A DNA stretch of 64,000 bases from assembly GCA_965205265.1 (NCBI GenBank), contig CBDBGH010000003.1, forward strand, positions 3,936,001 to 4,000,000, in the 5' to 3' direction. Each line of letters begins with the position of its first letter. Within the stretch, counting starts at the first letter, position 1. Of this stretch, positions 11,468 through 20,184 are shown one piece after another. Below the pieces are notes generated by a model that saw only the letters and a program-made list of their open reading frames with translations, did no database searches and was not told the origin of the DNA. The DNA comes from Alphaproteobacteria bacterium (lineage in GTDB: Bacteria > Pseudomonadota > Alphaproteobacteria > Bin95). The position numbers and the translations under genes are program-made.

Positions 11468-11504
11468 GGGGACATCCGGCCCGCGCGGCCGGCCGGATGT
11501 CCCC
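11468..11504. terminator. GC hairpin after katG (terminator or mRNA-stabilising stem)
   Basis: 14-bp perfect stem GGGGACATCCGGCC / GGCCGGATGTCCCC. No U-tract. Confidence 0.45.
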
Positions 11505-11538
11505 CGCAAATCCTTCCGTCCCGGGAAGGTCCGAGCCC

Positions 11539-12888
11539 ATGCGCGATGGCAGCCCCGATCCCCCGGCGCGCCGTCCGCTGGCATGGGACGCGCCGGGGTT
11601 CGACGACCCCGAGGCCATCGACGCCGAGCTCCGGCGGGTGTTCGGCATCTGCCATGGCTGCCGGCGCTGCTCCGGCCTTTGCGACGCCTTCCCGCGCCTC
11701 TTCGCCCTGATCGACAAGGCCCCGTCGAGCGGGCTCGACACGGTCGATCCGGCGGATTTCAAGGCGGTTGCGGACGCCTGCACGCTCTGCGACATGTGCT
11801 TCAGGACCGAATGCCCCTATGTGCCGCCGCACCCCCTGGAGGTGGATTTCCCGCACCTGATGCTGCGCCACCGGGCGGCGGAATTCCGGCGCGGCGCGCG
11901 GCGCTTCGAGGACCGCGAGATCGCCGCGACCGACCGCAACGGCCGCGCGGGCGGCATGGCGGCGCCGCTCGCCAACTGGGCGCTGGACACCGCGAACGAG
12001 CCCCTGCGCACGCTGATCGAAGGGCTCACGGGCGTCCACCGCGAGGCCGCGCTGCCGCGCTTCCACCATGAGAGCCTCGAGCACCGCGCCATGGCGGGCA
12101 GTCCGGCGCTCAACGAGGCCGCCCCCGCCTTCGGGCGCAGGGCCGCGCTCTACGCCACCTGCCTCGGCAATTACAACGAGCCGGAAACCGGGCTCGCCGC
12201 CCGCGCCGTGCTGGCGCGGAACGGCGTCGAGACGCATGTCGTCCATCCCGGCTGCTGCGGCATGCCGCAACTGGAGCTGGGCGATATTGAGACGGCAGCC
12301 CGGCGGGCCGGGCGGATCGCCCCGGAATTGCTGGCGCTCGCCGACGCCGGCTACGACATCGTGGCGCTGATGCCCTCCTGCGCGCTCATGCTGAAGTCCG
12401 AATGGCCGCTGCTGCTGCCCGGCAATGAGGACGCGGCGCGGCTGGCGCGCACGGTGTTCGATCTCAGCGAATATGTGGTGGACATCGCCCGGCGCGAGGG
12501 GCTGGCGGCGGGGCTGAAGCCGCTTGACGGGCCGGTCGCCGTCCATATCGCCTGCCATGCCCGCGCGCAGAATATAGGCCGCAAGGCGGCGGAGCTGCTG
12601 GCGCTCATTCCCGGCGCGGAAGTCGAGGCGATCGAGAGCTGCTCCGGCCATGGCGGCTTCCGGGGGTGCCTCAAGGACAATTTCGAGACCGCGCTCCGTC
12701 TCGGCCGCCCGGTGGCCCGGCAGGCGCTGGAGGCGGGCGGCCCTGTGGTCTCCGAATGCCCGCTTGCCGCCCTGCATATTACGCAGGGCATGGGGCGCCT
12801 CGATCCGGACGCGCCGCCCAGGCGGGTCGGGCACCCGATCCGGCTTCTCGCCCGCGCCTACGGCTTCGAGGAAGACGCCGCACCTTGA
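11539..12888 (+). CDS. Fe-S oxidoreductase, GlpC/heterodisulfide-reductase-related (CCG domains)
   Basis: CHGCRRC...C, CTLCDMC...CPY, CCGMP and SECPLA motifs. Confidence 0.88.
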   Translation: MRDGSPDPPARRPLAWDAPGFDDPEAIDAELRRVFGICHGCRRCSGLCDAFPRLFALIDKAPSSGLDTVDPADFKAVADACTLCDMCFRTECPYVPPHPLEVDFPHLMLRHRAAEFRRGARRFEDREIAATDRNGRAGGMAAPLANWALDTANEPLRTLIEGLTGVHREAALPRFHHESLEHRAMAGSPALNEAAPAFGRRAALYATCLGNYNEPETGLAARAVLARNGVETHVVHPGCCGMPQLELGDIETAARRAGRIAPELLALADAGYDIVALMPSCALMLKSEWPLLLPGNEDAARLARTVFDLSEYVVDIARREGLAAGLKPLDGPVAVHIACHARAQNIGRKAAELLALIPGAEVEAIESCSGHGGFRGCLKDNFETALRLGRPVARQALEAGGPVVSECPLAALHITQGMGRLDPDAPPRRVGHPIRLLARAYGFEEDAAP

Positions 12889-13541
12889 TCGCCGACCTCT
12901 TCAAAGCCTTTGCGCAACTTTCCGACCGGCGCTTCCGCCGCGTGGTGCTGTTTTCCTGCCTGCTGGCCGCGCTGCTGCTGGCCGCGCTCGCGGCAGGCGC
13001 CGGCTGGGCGCTTGGCGGGCTAACCGGCATCGGCTGGCTCGACGTCGCGGCGGGGCTTGCCGGAGGCGCAGCGGCGCTGGCAGCGGGCACCATGCTCTTC
13101 CCGGCGGCGGCGGCGGCCTTGCAGGGCCTGTTCCTGGAGCGCGCCGCGAGCGCGGTCGAGGCCCGCCATTACCCGGGTCTCGGGACGCCCAGGGCGCAGG
13201 GCTGGGGCGAGACGCTCCGCCAGACCGCCTACTTCGCCGGCGCCGCGCTCGGCATCAACCTCCTGCTGCTGCCGGTCTGGCTGTTCGTGCCGCCCCTGGG
13301 GCTCCTGCTGTTCTGGCTGGCGAATGGCTGGCTCTGCGGGCGTGAGTATTTCGAGGCGGCCGCGCTCCGCCGGCTCGAACCGGAGGCCGCCCGCGCGCTC
13401 CGCCGCCGCCACCGCTTCCGCGTGTGGCTCGCAGGCGTCGCCATCGCCTGGCTGATGACCCTGCCGCTCGCCAACCTCGCCGCGCCCGCCATCGGCACGG
13501 CCTTCATGCTGCACCGCTTCGAGCGCCTGCGGAGGCTGTGA
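12885..13541 (+). CDS. EI24/CysZ-like membrane protein
   Basis: TTG start overlapping the upstream stop. Hydrophobic helices, VEARHYP and NGWLCGREYFE motifs. Confidence 0.8.
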   Translation: MIADLFKAFAQLSDRRFRRVVLFSCLLAALLLAALAAGAGWALGGLTGIGWLDVAAGLAGGAAALAAGTMLFPAAAAALQGLFLERAASAVEARHYPGLGTPRAQGWGETLRQTAYFAGAALGINLLLLPVWLFVPPLGLLLFWLANGWLCGREYFEAAALRRLEPEAARALRRRHRFRVWLAGVAIAWLMTLPLANLAAPAIGTAFMLHRFERLRRL

Positions 13542-13559
13542 GCGGCGCCCGCGCGCCGT

Positions 13560-15074
13560 TCAGGTCACGCGGCTTCGCACATGGCCCGGCATGTCTCCGA
13601 CGACGATATGCCCTCCGTCACCATCCTCGTGCCAGCAATAGTAGATGCGCAGGCACCGCGCCGGGTCGCGGGTATTGCCGCCGCTCTTGATATGCCAGTC
13701 GGCCCGCAACCGCTTCCCCTGCCAGTCGAACTCGAACGAATCGCCGCCGCTCCTGTCGTTGCGGACGCCGGAACCGGCCGGGACCGGGCCCTGCAGGCTG
13801 TTCCCCGTCCCCTCCAGCCGCGCCTGGCGGTAGTCGCCGGCCAGCCACGCCAGGCATTGCGCTGCAAGCCCGACATCCTCGTAACGCGCCTTCTTGATCG
13901 AACCGAAGGCGCGCGGCGACAGGGCAAGACGACCGTCCAGTTGCGTCTCGCACCAATGGGCGAACTCGCCCCAGGACGCGGGCAGCGGCGGGTCGGCGGT
14001 CCCGGCCGGGGCTCCCGTGTCCTCTTCCATCGCGCTGCCAGCCGCCGGGGGGGCGTCCCGCTTCTCTCCGGTTCGCCCTGCGGCCCGGGCCTTTCGGCGC
14101 TTTCCGGCCTCCGGACCCGGACGCTCCGGAGGCTCGCCCGCCTCGACCGCCGCCGAGGCCGCGGCCATCCGGGCAAGCAGCGTCTCCACTGAGGCAAGCT
14201 GGCGGTTCCTTTCCGCTTCGAGTTCCGCCAGGGCCTCCGCCTCCCTCGCGATCGCCGACCAGGGTGCGCCGTCGGCCCTCTGCCGTTCGAACTCCTTCTC
14301 CTTCGCCGCCAGCCCTATTTCCGCCTCGGCCAGCGCATCGACCGGCGTGTGGGCTTCTTGCGCGATTTCGGCCAGCGCCGCCAATTGCGCGGCTTCGAGC
14401 GTGTCGAGGCGCTCCAGCACCTCAGCGGCGCGGCCCAGGTCGGAAAGAGCCTCGAGCAGGATCCGTATATCGACGCGGCTTCGCTCCAGTTCCGCAGCCT
14501 GTTTCCGGACTTCGCTGCCGGCCTCCAAAAGCGCCTCGGCGGCGGCCTCTATCCGCTCGACCGCGTCCGGCGTCGGGCGGTCCAGCTCGTCCAGAAGGCT
14601 GCGCAGTTCCGCGCCGGCCGATTTCCATCGTTCTTCGGCAAGCGGCGCCTGGCGGGCCTTTGCCTCTCTTTCGACCCGCCGCATGGCCGCGATGATGTCG
14701 CGCAGATCGCGCTCGGCGGTGGCGTCGCCGAACAGGTCGACAGGCGCGTCGAGTATGTCGTCATAAGAGAACAATTCGGGAATCTTCTGGACCAGCCACC
14801 GGCTCGCGCGATAGGTGAAAGCCTTTTCCCTGTCCTTCTTCTTTTTCGACCCGAGAAACCTTCGGTCGAGCCCCGCTGTGAATTCGCCGTCGCGCCGGAA
14901 TTTGTGCAGCAGCGCCTGGTAAAACAGTTCGTCGTCGTTCCTTTGCGCCTCCGCGATCCCGGTTCCGGCCAACAGGTCCCAATGCTCGCGCCTGAGCGAC
15001 GCCGCAACCGGGAACACCTGTTTCAGGATTTTCCAGGTCAGCCCGCCCTGAACGATAGTCTCGCTGTCCGGCAT
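13560..15074 (-). CDS. Hypothetical coiled-coil protein with a possible RelE-like C-terminal domain
   Basis: 504-aa ORF with GGAGG RBS. Central Glu/Ala coiled coil; C-terminal HIKSGG..DP..CLRIYY.W..IVVG..PGH. Confidence 0.7.
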   Translation of the reverse strand: MPDSETIVQGGLTWKILKQVFPVAASLRREHWDLLAGTGIAEAQRNDDELFYQALLHKFRRDGEFTAGLDRRFLGSKKKKDREKAFTYRASRWLVQKIPELFSYDDILDAPVDLFGDATAERDLRDIIAAMRRVEREAKARQAPLAEERWKSAGAELRSLLDELDRPTPDAVERIEAAAEALLEAGSEVRKQAAELERSRVDIRILLEALSDLGRAAEVLERLDTLEAAQLAALAEIAQEAHTPVDALAEAEIGLAAKEKEFERQRADGAPWSAIAREAEALAELEAERNRQLASVETLLARMAAASAAVEAGEPPERPGPEAGKRRKARAAGRTGEKRDAPPAAGSAMEEDTGAPAGTADPPLPASWGEFAHWCETQLDGRLALSPRAFGSIKKARYEDVGLAAQCLAWLAGDYRQARLEGTGNSLQGPVPAGSGVRNDRSGGDSFEFDWQGKRLRADWHIKSGGNTRDPARCLRIYYCWHEDGDGGHIVVGDMPGHVRSRVT

Positions 15075-15109
15075 GAAAAGCGGCTCCTCCCCTTCGCCCG
15101 GCCCGCCCC

Positions 15110-16186
15110 TCAGATATGCCGGACATTCTCCGGGGCGGGGGCGATTTCCCTGCGTTCGACGCGCTTCACCACCTCGACGATGGCGCGGTTGGCGGGGGTG
15201 TCGAGGCCGAGGCGGACCGCATAGTCCACCACGAGCCCGTTGATGAAGTCGATCTCCGTGCGCCGGCCCTTCCGGATGTCCTGGCCCATGGAGGGGCGGT
15301 CGGTGGCCGAGCGGCCCTGCGCATTGCGCTCCAGCACCGCCTCGATCTCGGTCATCGCCTCGTTGCTGCCTTCCGCCGCTTCCGCGACGCGCTGCGGGTC
15401 CATGCCGTAGAGCTTTTCCAGCGTAAAGCCGTGCGCAAGCCCGGTGCGGATCGCCTCGCCGGCGATGCGGATGGCGAGGCGGCGGGTATAGTCGAGCCGG
15501 TCCGCCTCAACGCCGCCGAGGCCGGTCGCCGCCGACATCGGGTTGCGCATGGAGTTGACGACCAGCTTCGACCAGCGCTCGCCCCAAAGGTTGGAGGTGG
15601 CTTTCGCGCTGTCCACATGGCCCAGCATTTCCGCGACGAGCCGCGCGCGTTCCGTGATCCGGCCGTGCGGCTCGCCCACGCGGAAAACGGTGTGCCTCTC
15701 CCCGCCGAGCTGCACATTGCGGCGCACCTCGCCGGGCGCGTGCAGATCGACCGAGATCGCACTCGCGATCGAGCCCAGGGTCTTGCCCCAGCCGACGACG
15801 CCGGCGATCCGCTCCTCGTTGATGCCGTTCTGGAGCGAGACGACGAAGCCGTCCGGCGCCAGATATTGCCGGATCATCTCCGTCGCCCAGACCGTGTCGT
15901 AGGACTTGGCGCAGACGAACGCGATATCGACCGGGCGCTCGCGCGAGAGCCGCTCCAGTTCGGTGACGTGCCAGGCCTCGACCGGCTGGGTGAAGCACTC
16001 GGCTTCCGTCATGCCGGTGAGCTTCAGCCCGTCGCGGCGCATGGCGTCCACATGCTCCGGCCAGAAATCGACCAGGATCGGCGCGTAGCCGGCCCTGGTC
16101 AGGTGCCCGCCGACATGGGAGCCGACGGCTCCGGCGGAGACGATCGCGATCTTCGGCCCGCCTTCGGGCGCGGTCTTGCTGTTCAT
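15110..16186 (-). CDS. Ketopantoate reductase (ApbA/PanE) family protein
   Basis: AGAVG Rossmann motif, KSYDT, SLQNG, WSKLVVN, SMGQD...GRRTEID..NG. Confidence 0.9.
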   Translation of the reverse strand: MNSKTAPEGGPKIAIVSAGAVGSHVGGHLTRAGYAPILVDFWPEHVDAMRRDGLKLTGMTEAECFTQPVEAWHVTELERLSRERPVDIAFVCAKSYDTVWATEMIRQYLAPDGFVVSLQNGINEERIAGVVGWGKTLGSIASAISVDLHAPGEVRRNVQLGGERHTVFRVGEPHGRITERARLVAEMLGHVDSAKATSNLWGERWSKLVVNSMRNPMSAATGLGGVEADRLDYTRRLAIRIAGEAIRTGLAHGFTLEKLYGMDPQRVAEAAEGSNEAMTEIEAVLERNAQGRSATDRPSMGQDIRKGRRTEIDFINGLVVDYAVRLGLDTPANRAIVEVVKRVERREIAPAPENVRHI

Positions 16187-16218
16187 GGAAACTCCGGAAG
16201 GTCTCGGGGGAACAGGCC

Positions 16219-17076
16219 TCAGGAGGGCCGGTCGCCCTCTATGGTGCAGCGGTGCATGTGGCGGCGGTAGCCGTGATAGTCGTTGAGCGCGAAATGGTGC
16301 GTGCAGCGGTTGTCCCAGAGCGCGACCGAGCCCGGCTCCCAGCGGAACCGGCAGGTGAACTCCGGCCGCGCGATATGCTCGCAGAGCCAGTCGATCCAGG
16401 GCCGGCTTTCGGCCTCGGTCCAGCCCTCGAAGCGCACCGTGTGGGCGCGGTTGAGGTAGAGCGCCTTCTCGCCGGTGTCGGGGTGGGTGCGGACCACCGG
16501 ATGCCAGGCTTCCAGCGTCTCCTCCTTGTCGAGGCCGATTGCGGTCATCGCGCCCTTGAATTTGACGAATTGGCCGGCCCGCCCGGCCTCCGCATAGCGG
16601 ATTTTCGCGCTGGAGAGGCCCCGCAACCCGGCAAGCGCCGCCTTCATGCCGTCCGAGAGCGCGTCATAGGCGAGCTTGGTGTTGGCGAACAGCGTGTCGC
16701 CGCCATGCGGCGGCGTCTCGACGGCGTAGAGCAGGGTGCCGAGCGGCGGCCTCTCCAGATAGGTGGTGTCGGAATGCCAGAGGCCGCCGAAATTGAAGGT
16801 CTCGTCCGGCTCCTTGATAACCGGGATCACCTCCGGGCATTCCTCCAGCCCGGCGACGAAGGGATAGCGGTTGCAGGGGCCGAAGCGCGCGGCGAAATCG
16901 CGCTGCCCGGACGGCGTCAGCTTCTGGCCGCGGAAGAAGATCACCCGGTGTTCGAGGAAGGCGCGGTGGATTTCCGAGAAGACGCTGTTGCCCAGCGGCC
17001 CCGCAAGGTCCACGCCCCCGATTTCGGCCCCGAGCGCGCCTGCAACCGGCGCAACCTCGATTTCGCGATAGTCCAT
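16219..17076 (-). CDS. TauD/TfdA-family dioxygenase (intact paralogue)
   Basis: GALGAEI, WHSDTTY, HPVVRTHP, WDNRCTHH. Confidence 0.93.
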   Translation of the reverse strand: MDYREIEVAPVAGALGAEIGGVDLAGPLGNSVFSEIHRAFLEHRVIFFRGQKLTPSGQRDFAARFGPCNRYPFVAGLEECPEVIPVIKEPDETFNFGGLWHSDTTYLERPPLGTLLYAVETPPHGGDTLFANTKLAYDALSDGMKAALAGLRGLSSAKIRYAEAGRAGQFVKFKGAMTAIGLDKEETLEAWHPVVRTHPDTGEKALYLNRAHTVRFEGWTEAESRPWIDWLCEHIARPEFTCRFRWEPGSVALWDNRCTHHFALNDYHGYRRHMHRCTIEGDRPS

Positions 17077-17102
17077 CGCCTCCCCCCGTCCCGTCGGGAA
17101 GC

Positions 17103-17177
17103 TGGAGCGGGCGATGGGGATCGAACCCACGGCACTCGGCTTGGGAAGCCGATGCTCTACCACTGAGCTACGCCCGC
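17103..17177 (-). tRNA. tRNA-Gly(CCC)
   Basis: GCGGGCGTAGCTCAGTGGTAGAGCATCGGCTTCCCAAGCCGAGTGCCGTGGGTTCGATCCCCATCGCCCGCTCCA: cloverleaf, CCC anticodon, encoded CCA. TTGACA-16-CAGAAT upstream (17216-17189). Confidence 0.97.
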
Positions 17178-17430
17178 TTCCGCTTGTCATTCTGCCCCGC
17201 CCGCTCCGCCTGTCAACCGCGCGGCGGCCGGCCGACGCCGGTGACATGTCATGTTCTGTCATGAGGCGCCTGAGCCTCCCTGGCGCTGTGTCATGAAATG
17301 TCATGTTCTGCATGTGTGTGATGCATGTTCCATGAACCGTTCGAGCATAGCGCTCGGCTCATCGACCTCTTTCCCGCCTGCCCTCACCGGCGCCCCGGAC
17401 GCCCGCAGAGCCTCCCCCGGCCACTCGTCC

Positions 17431-17652
17431 CGTCATGCCCGGACTTGTTCCATTGCTGTCCGGTTTAGCCATTGGGCGAGGCTGAACGGGAGTCTGCCGG
17501 GGGTTTCGGGGGCGCGCGGCGTCCCCGGTCGGCCTCCTGTCCGTCATGCCCGAACGCCCCCCTTCGACAGGCTCAGGGCAGGCTCTTTCGTCATACCCGG
17601 ACTTGTTCCGGGCATGACGATATGGGGGCGGCCATGACGACTTGGGGACCGG
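17431..17652. repeat. Composite REP cluster
   Basis: REP half-site + ATTGCTGTCCGGTTTAGCCATTGGG module + CCTTCGACAGGCTCAGGGCAGGC module + REP. Close match to 32872-33030 and to the tail near 33255-33316. Confidence 0.85.
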
Positions 17653-17656
17653 GACA

Positions 17657-18253
17657 CTACCGCCCGCCGGCGCTCCCGCCTCCTTCTGCGGCCTCCCTTG
17701 CGGCGAGTTCTGCGGCCTCGCGGCGTTCCTGGCGGGCGAGCCAGTCGTAGAACGCGGGCGTGGTCAGCTTGCCCACATACTGGCGCTCACCGAAGTTGTA
17801 GTAGTCCTCGCTGCCGTCGTAACTGTCCTCGTCCGGCACCAGCGGCCCGAAGCGACGCTCCTGCTCCGCATGCCAGGCCCGGAACTCCGGCGTCTGCTGG
17901 CTGCCGACATAGACCTCGTCGAAATAGTGGTATTCGTCCTCGCTGCCGTCATAGCCGGTCTCGGGCTCCGGCTCCGGAACCCAGTCGTCGAGGTCGTCCG
18001 CCGGCTCTTCGGCAGGCAGAGGCTCCGGCTCGGGCATGCGGGCGGCGGCCCAGTCGAGGAGGTTGAGGAGCTGGCGCAGATGGGAGAGCGCGGCGCGCCC
18101 GGCGCGATGGCGTTCGGCCGAGGCACGGTTGTCCTCCGGCGGCGGCGCTGCGCCCATGTCCTGGGCATAAGCTTCGGCAAGGGCTGCGGCGGCCGGGGCC
18201 AGCTTTTCGGCCAGCATCGCCGCCAGTTCGGGGCGGGGGTCGGGTGCGGTCAT
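17657..18253 (-). CDS. Hypothetical acidic protein with two ~35-aa internal repeats
   Basis: [44 protein letters not shown] vs YDGSEDYYNFGERQYVGKLTTPAFYDWLARQERR. Confidence 0.7.
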   Translation of the reverse strand: MTAPDPRPELAAMLAEKLAPAAAALAEAYAQDMGAAPPPEDNRASAERHRAGRAALSHLRQLLNLLDWAAARMPEPEPLPAEEPADDLDDWVPEPEPETGYDGSEDEYHYFDEVYVGSQQTPEFRAWHAEQERRFGPLVPDEDSYDGSEDYYNFGERQYVGKLTTPAFYDWLARQERREAAELAAREAAEGGGSAGGR

Positions 18254-18597
18254 CGTCTCTCCTCCTTCGACGGGGAGCGTGTCCCTGTTTCGCGCGTCTC
18301 CCGCGCGGGCGCCTGTGCCGGCGCGGGCGGGCGTTACGCAGCGGCGCGGTTCGCGCGCCTGATTGCGCGCGCGAGGCGGCGGGCGCACCTCTCCCGTCGG
18401 CTTCTCGGGTGTTTTCAGAAACGGCGCTGCGCAGCACCCGGGGAGGCGGCTCCGGAAACCGCTTCCCTGGGGACCATCATACCACACTCCGCCAGATGTC
18501 AAGTCTCAAACCAGAACTATTTCATGAAACGCGAACGAATTTCCATCGCCGGCCGGTCGCCGGCCCGGCCCTCACCGTTCCGGACCCGCGCCGGCCT

Positions 18598-19431
18598 TCA
18601 GTGGATGCCCTGCATTTCCGGGATGAATTCCGAGGCGCGCCAGAAGCGGTCGAGGCTGTCGGCATGGACCGCTTCGGCGGCCTCCCCGCCGCCCGGCCCG
18701 GGGCGCGGCTCCGGGTCGAAATGGCCCCAGCGGTCCCGGCCGCGCACCAGGGAAGCCGAGAGCCGGACGGGCGTTACATGGCGGACATGGGCCGGGATAT
18801 AGCTGATGCCGATGCCGATGCGCCGCCGGGTCGAGCGGTTGGGGCCGGAACTGTGCATGACCATGGTGTGATGGAAGGAGACCTCGCCCGGCGCGAACTC
18901 CAGAGGGACGGCGCTGTCCTCGTCCACGCCGCGCTCGACGGTCTGGCCGCGCGACAGCATGAGCGTCTCGTCGTCATGGTCGCGGTGCTGCACCTGGCCG
19001 TCGCGGTGGGAGCCCGGCAGGAAGCGCAGGCACCCCATCTCCCTGGTCGATTCGGTCAGCGCCACCCAGGCGGTCACCTGTTCCAGCGGTTCGAGGCCGA
19101 AATAGGTCCCGTCCTGGTGCCAGGGCACGAAGGACCCGCTGCCGCCTTCCTTGATCCAGACGGTCGTGTGGAACACCAGGATGTCGGGGCCGATGAGGGC
19201 CTCCACCATGTCCAGCAACCCCGGATGGCGCACAAGCTCCGCCGCCCAGGGAAACAGCAGGTAAGGCTTGGTCCTGCTCGCCGCCTGGCGCCGGGAGGGT
19301 TTCCGTCCCGCCTCCACGCAGGACCGTTCGCAGGCCTCGCGGTAGCGGTCCGTTTCAGGAGCCGTCAGCAGGGGCCTCGGACGGATGAAGCCATTGTCGC
19401 GGTAATGGTCGAGGTCGCCCGGGGTCATCAT
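18598..19431 (-). CDS. Phytanoyl-CoA dioxygenase (PhyH) family protein
   Basis: VPWHQDGTYFG, TAWVAL, GCLRFLPGSH, HSSGPNRS...R. Confidence 0.92.
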   Translation of the reverse strand: MMTPGDLDHYRDNGFIRPRPLLTAPETDRYREACERSCVEAGRKPSRRQAASRTKPYLLFPWAAELVRHPGLLDMVEALIGPDILVFHTTVWIKEGGSGSFVPWHQDGTYFGLEPLEQVTAWVALTESTREMGCLRFLPGSHRDGQVQHRDHDDETLMLSRGQTVERGVDEDSAVPLEFAPGEVSFHHTMVMHSSGPNRSTRRRIGIGISYIPAHVRHVTPVRLSASLVRGRDRWGHFDPEPRPGPGGGEAAEAVHADSLDRFWRASEFIPEMQGIH

Positions 19432-19502
19432 GGCTGCAGCCTCTCCCTCATCCGGATGCCCTTCCCGGCGCAGCGGACGACGGGGTCGCGCAGGCGGCGC
19501 TC
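19428..19502 (-). repeat. Decayed duplicate of the last 75 bp of pdxH
   Basis: Ungapped alignment to 20185-20259, 55/75 identical by manual count. Still reads ...RERLQP*. Confidence 0.85.
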
Positions 19503-19506
19503 CCTG

Positions 19507-19761
19507 TCAGGCCGCCGCGACGCCTGTTTCGCGCCGGGTCCGGTCGCCGCGCCCGGCCAACAGGCCCGAGACCGAAATGTCCTCGTCGAGCGCTTCCCAA
19601 TGAATGCCGCCGGCGGTGAGTTCATACTGTTGCAGGGCGTCGGCCGGCGCGCCGCAAAGCCGGGGAAACCAGGCGAGCGGCACGCCGAGCACCCGGCCGT
19701 CGGAGAGCGACACCCACATGGAGTCCCCGTCGAAGGACACGCGTTCAGCCGAAATGGTCAT
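19507..19761 (-). CDS. DUF2442-family antitoxin
   Basis: LSDGRVLGVPLAWFPRL...GIHWEALDEDISV. Confidence 0.9.
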   Translation of the reverse strand: MTISAERVSFDGDSMWVSLSDGRVLGVPLAWFPRLCGAPADALQQYELTAGGIHWEALDEDISVSGLLAGRGDRTRRETGVAAA

Positions 19762-19987
19762 TCCATGCCTTCCGGATCGATCCCGCCCTGTCTGACGCCA
19801 AGCCGGTCAGGACCCGCAACTCGCGCGCATTGAAACCGCGACTTTCCACCACACGAACCGTCGGTTCAAGCATAATCTTCGCGGAGGAGGACCCTTTCCG
19901 CACATGGACATGCACAGGCTCCCGCGGCGAGCCTTCATTGGAGTAAAAGAAGAACTTATTCCCGTCTATACGAAATACAGTCGGCGC
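19745..19987 (-). pseudogene. DUF4160-family toxin lacking a start codon
   Basis: Manual translation (A)PTVFRIDGNKFFFYSNEGSPREPVHVHVRKG...AWNDHFG*. The first codon is GCG, with an in-frame TAA two codons upstream. Confidence 0.8.
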
Positions 19988-20184
19988 GGATTACCCCGAT
20001 TGCTTCATATATCCCGCAGGATTCGCCGTGTTCGCGACTTTCATCTCAACCTTCATATGTCTGAATGAATTTCGAACGATACCGTTGTATCGAATGCCGG
20101 AAACCGCGCGCAATCGTGAGTTTCAAGAGCGCAGCGCTCTTGCCGCCGGAAGACCGGGCGGCCGGAACGCAACGCGCCGGGCGG

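Noticed and set aside
17103-17177. tRNA-Gly as an integration site for an island or prophage
   Set aside because: No duplicated tRNA 3' end and no integrase were seen. A TauD gene follows immediately.
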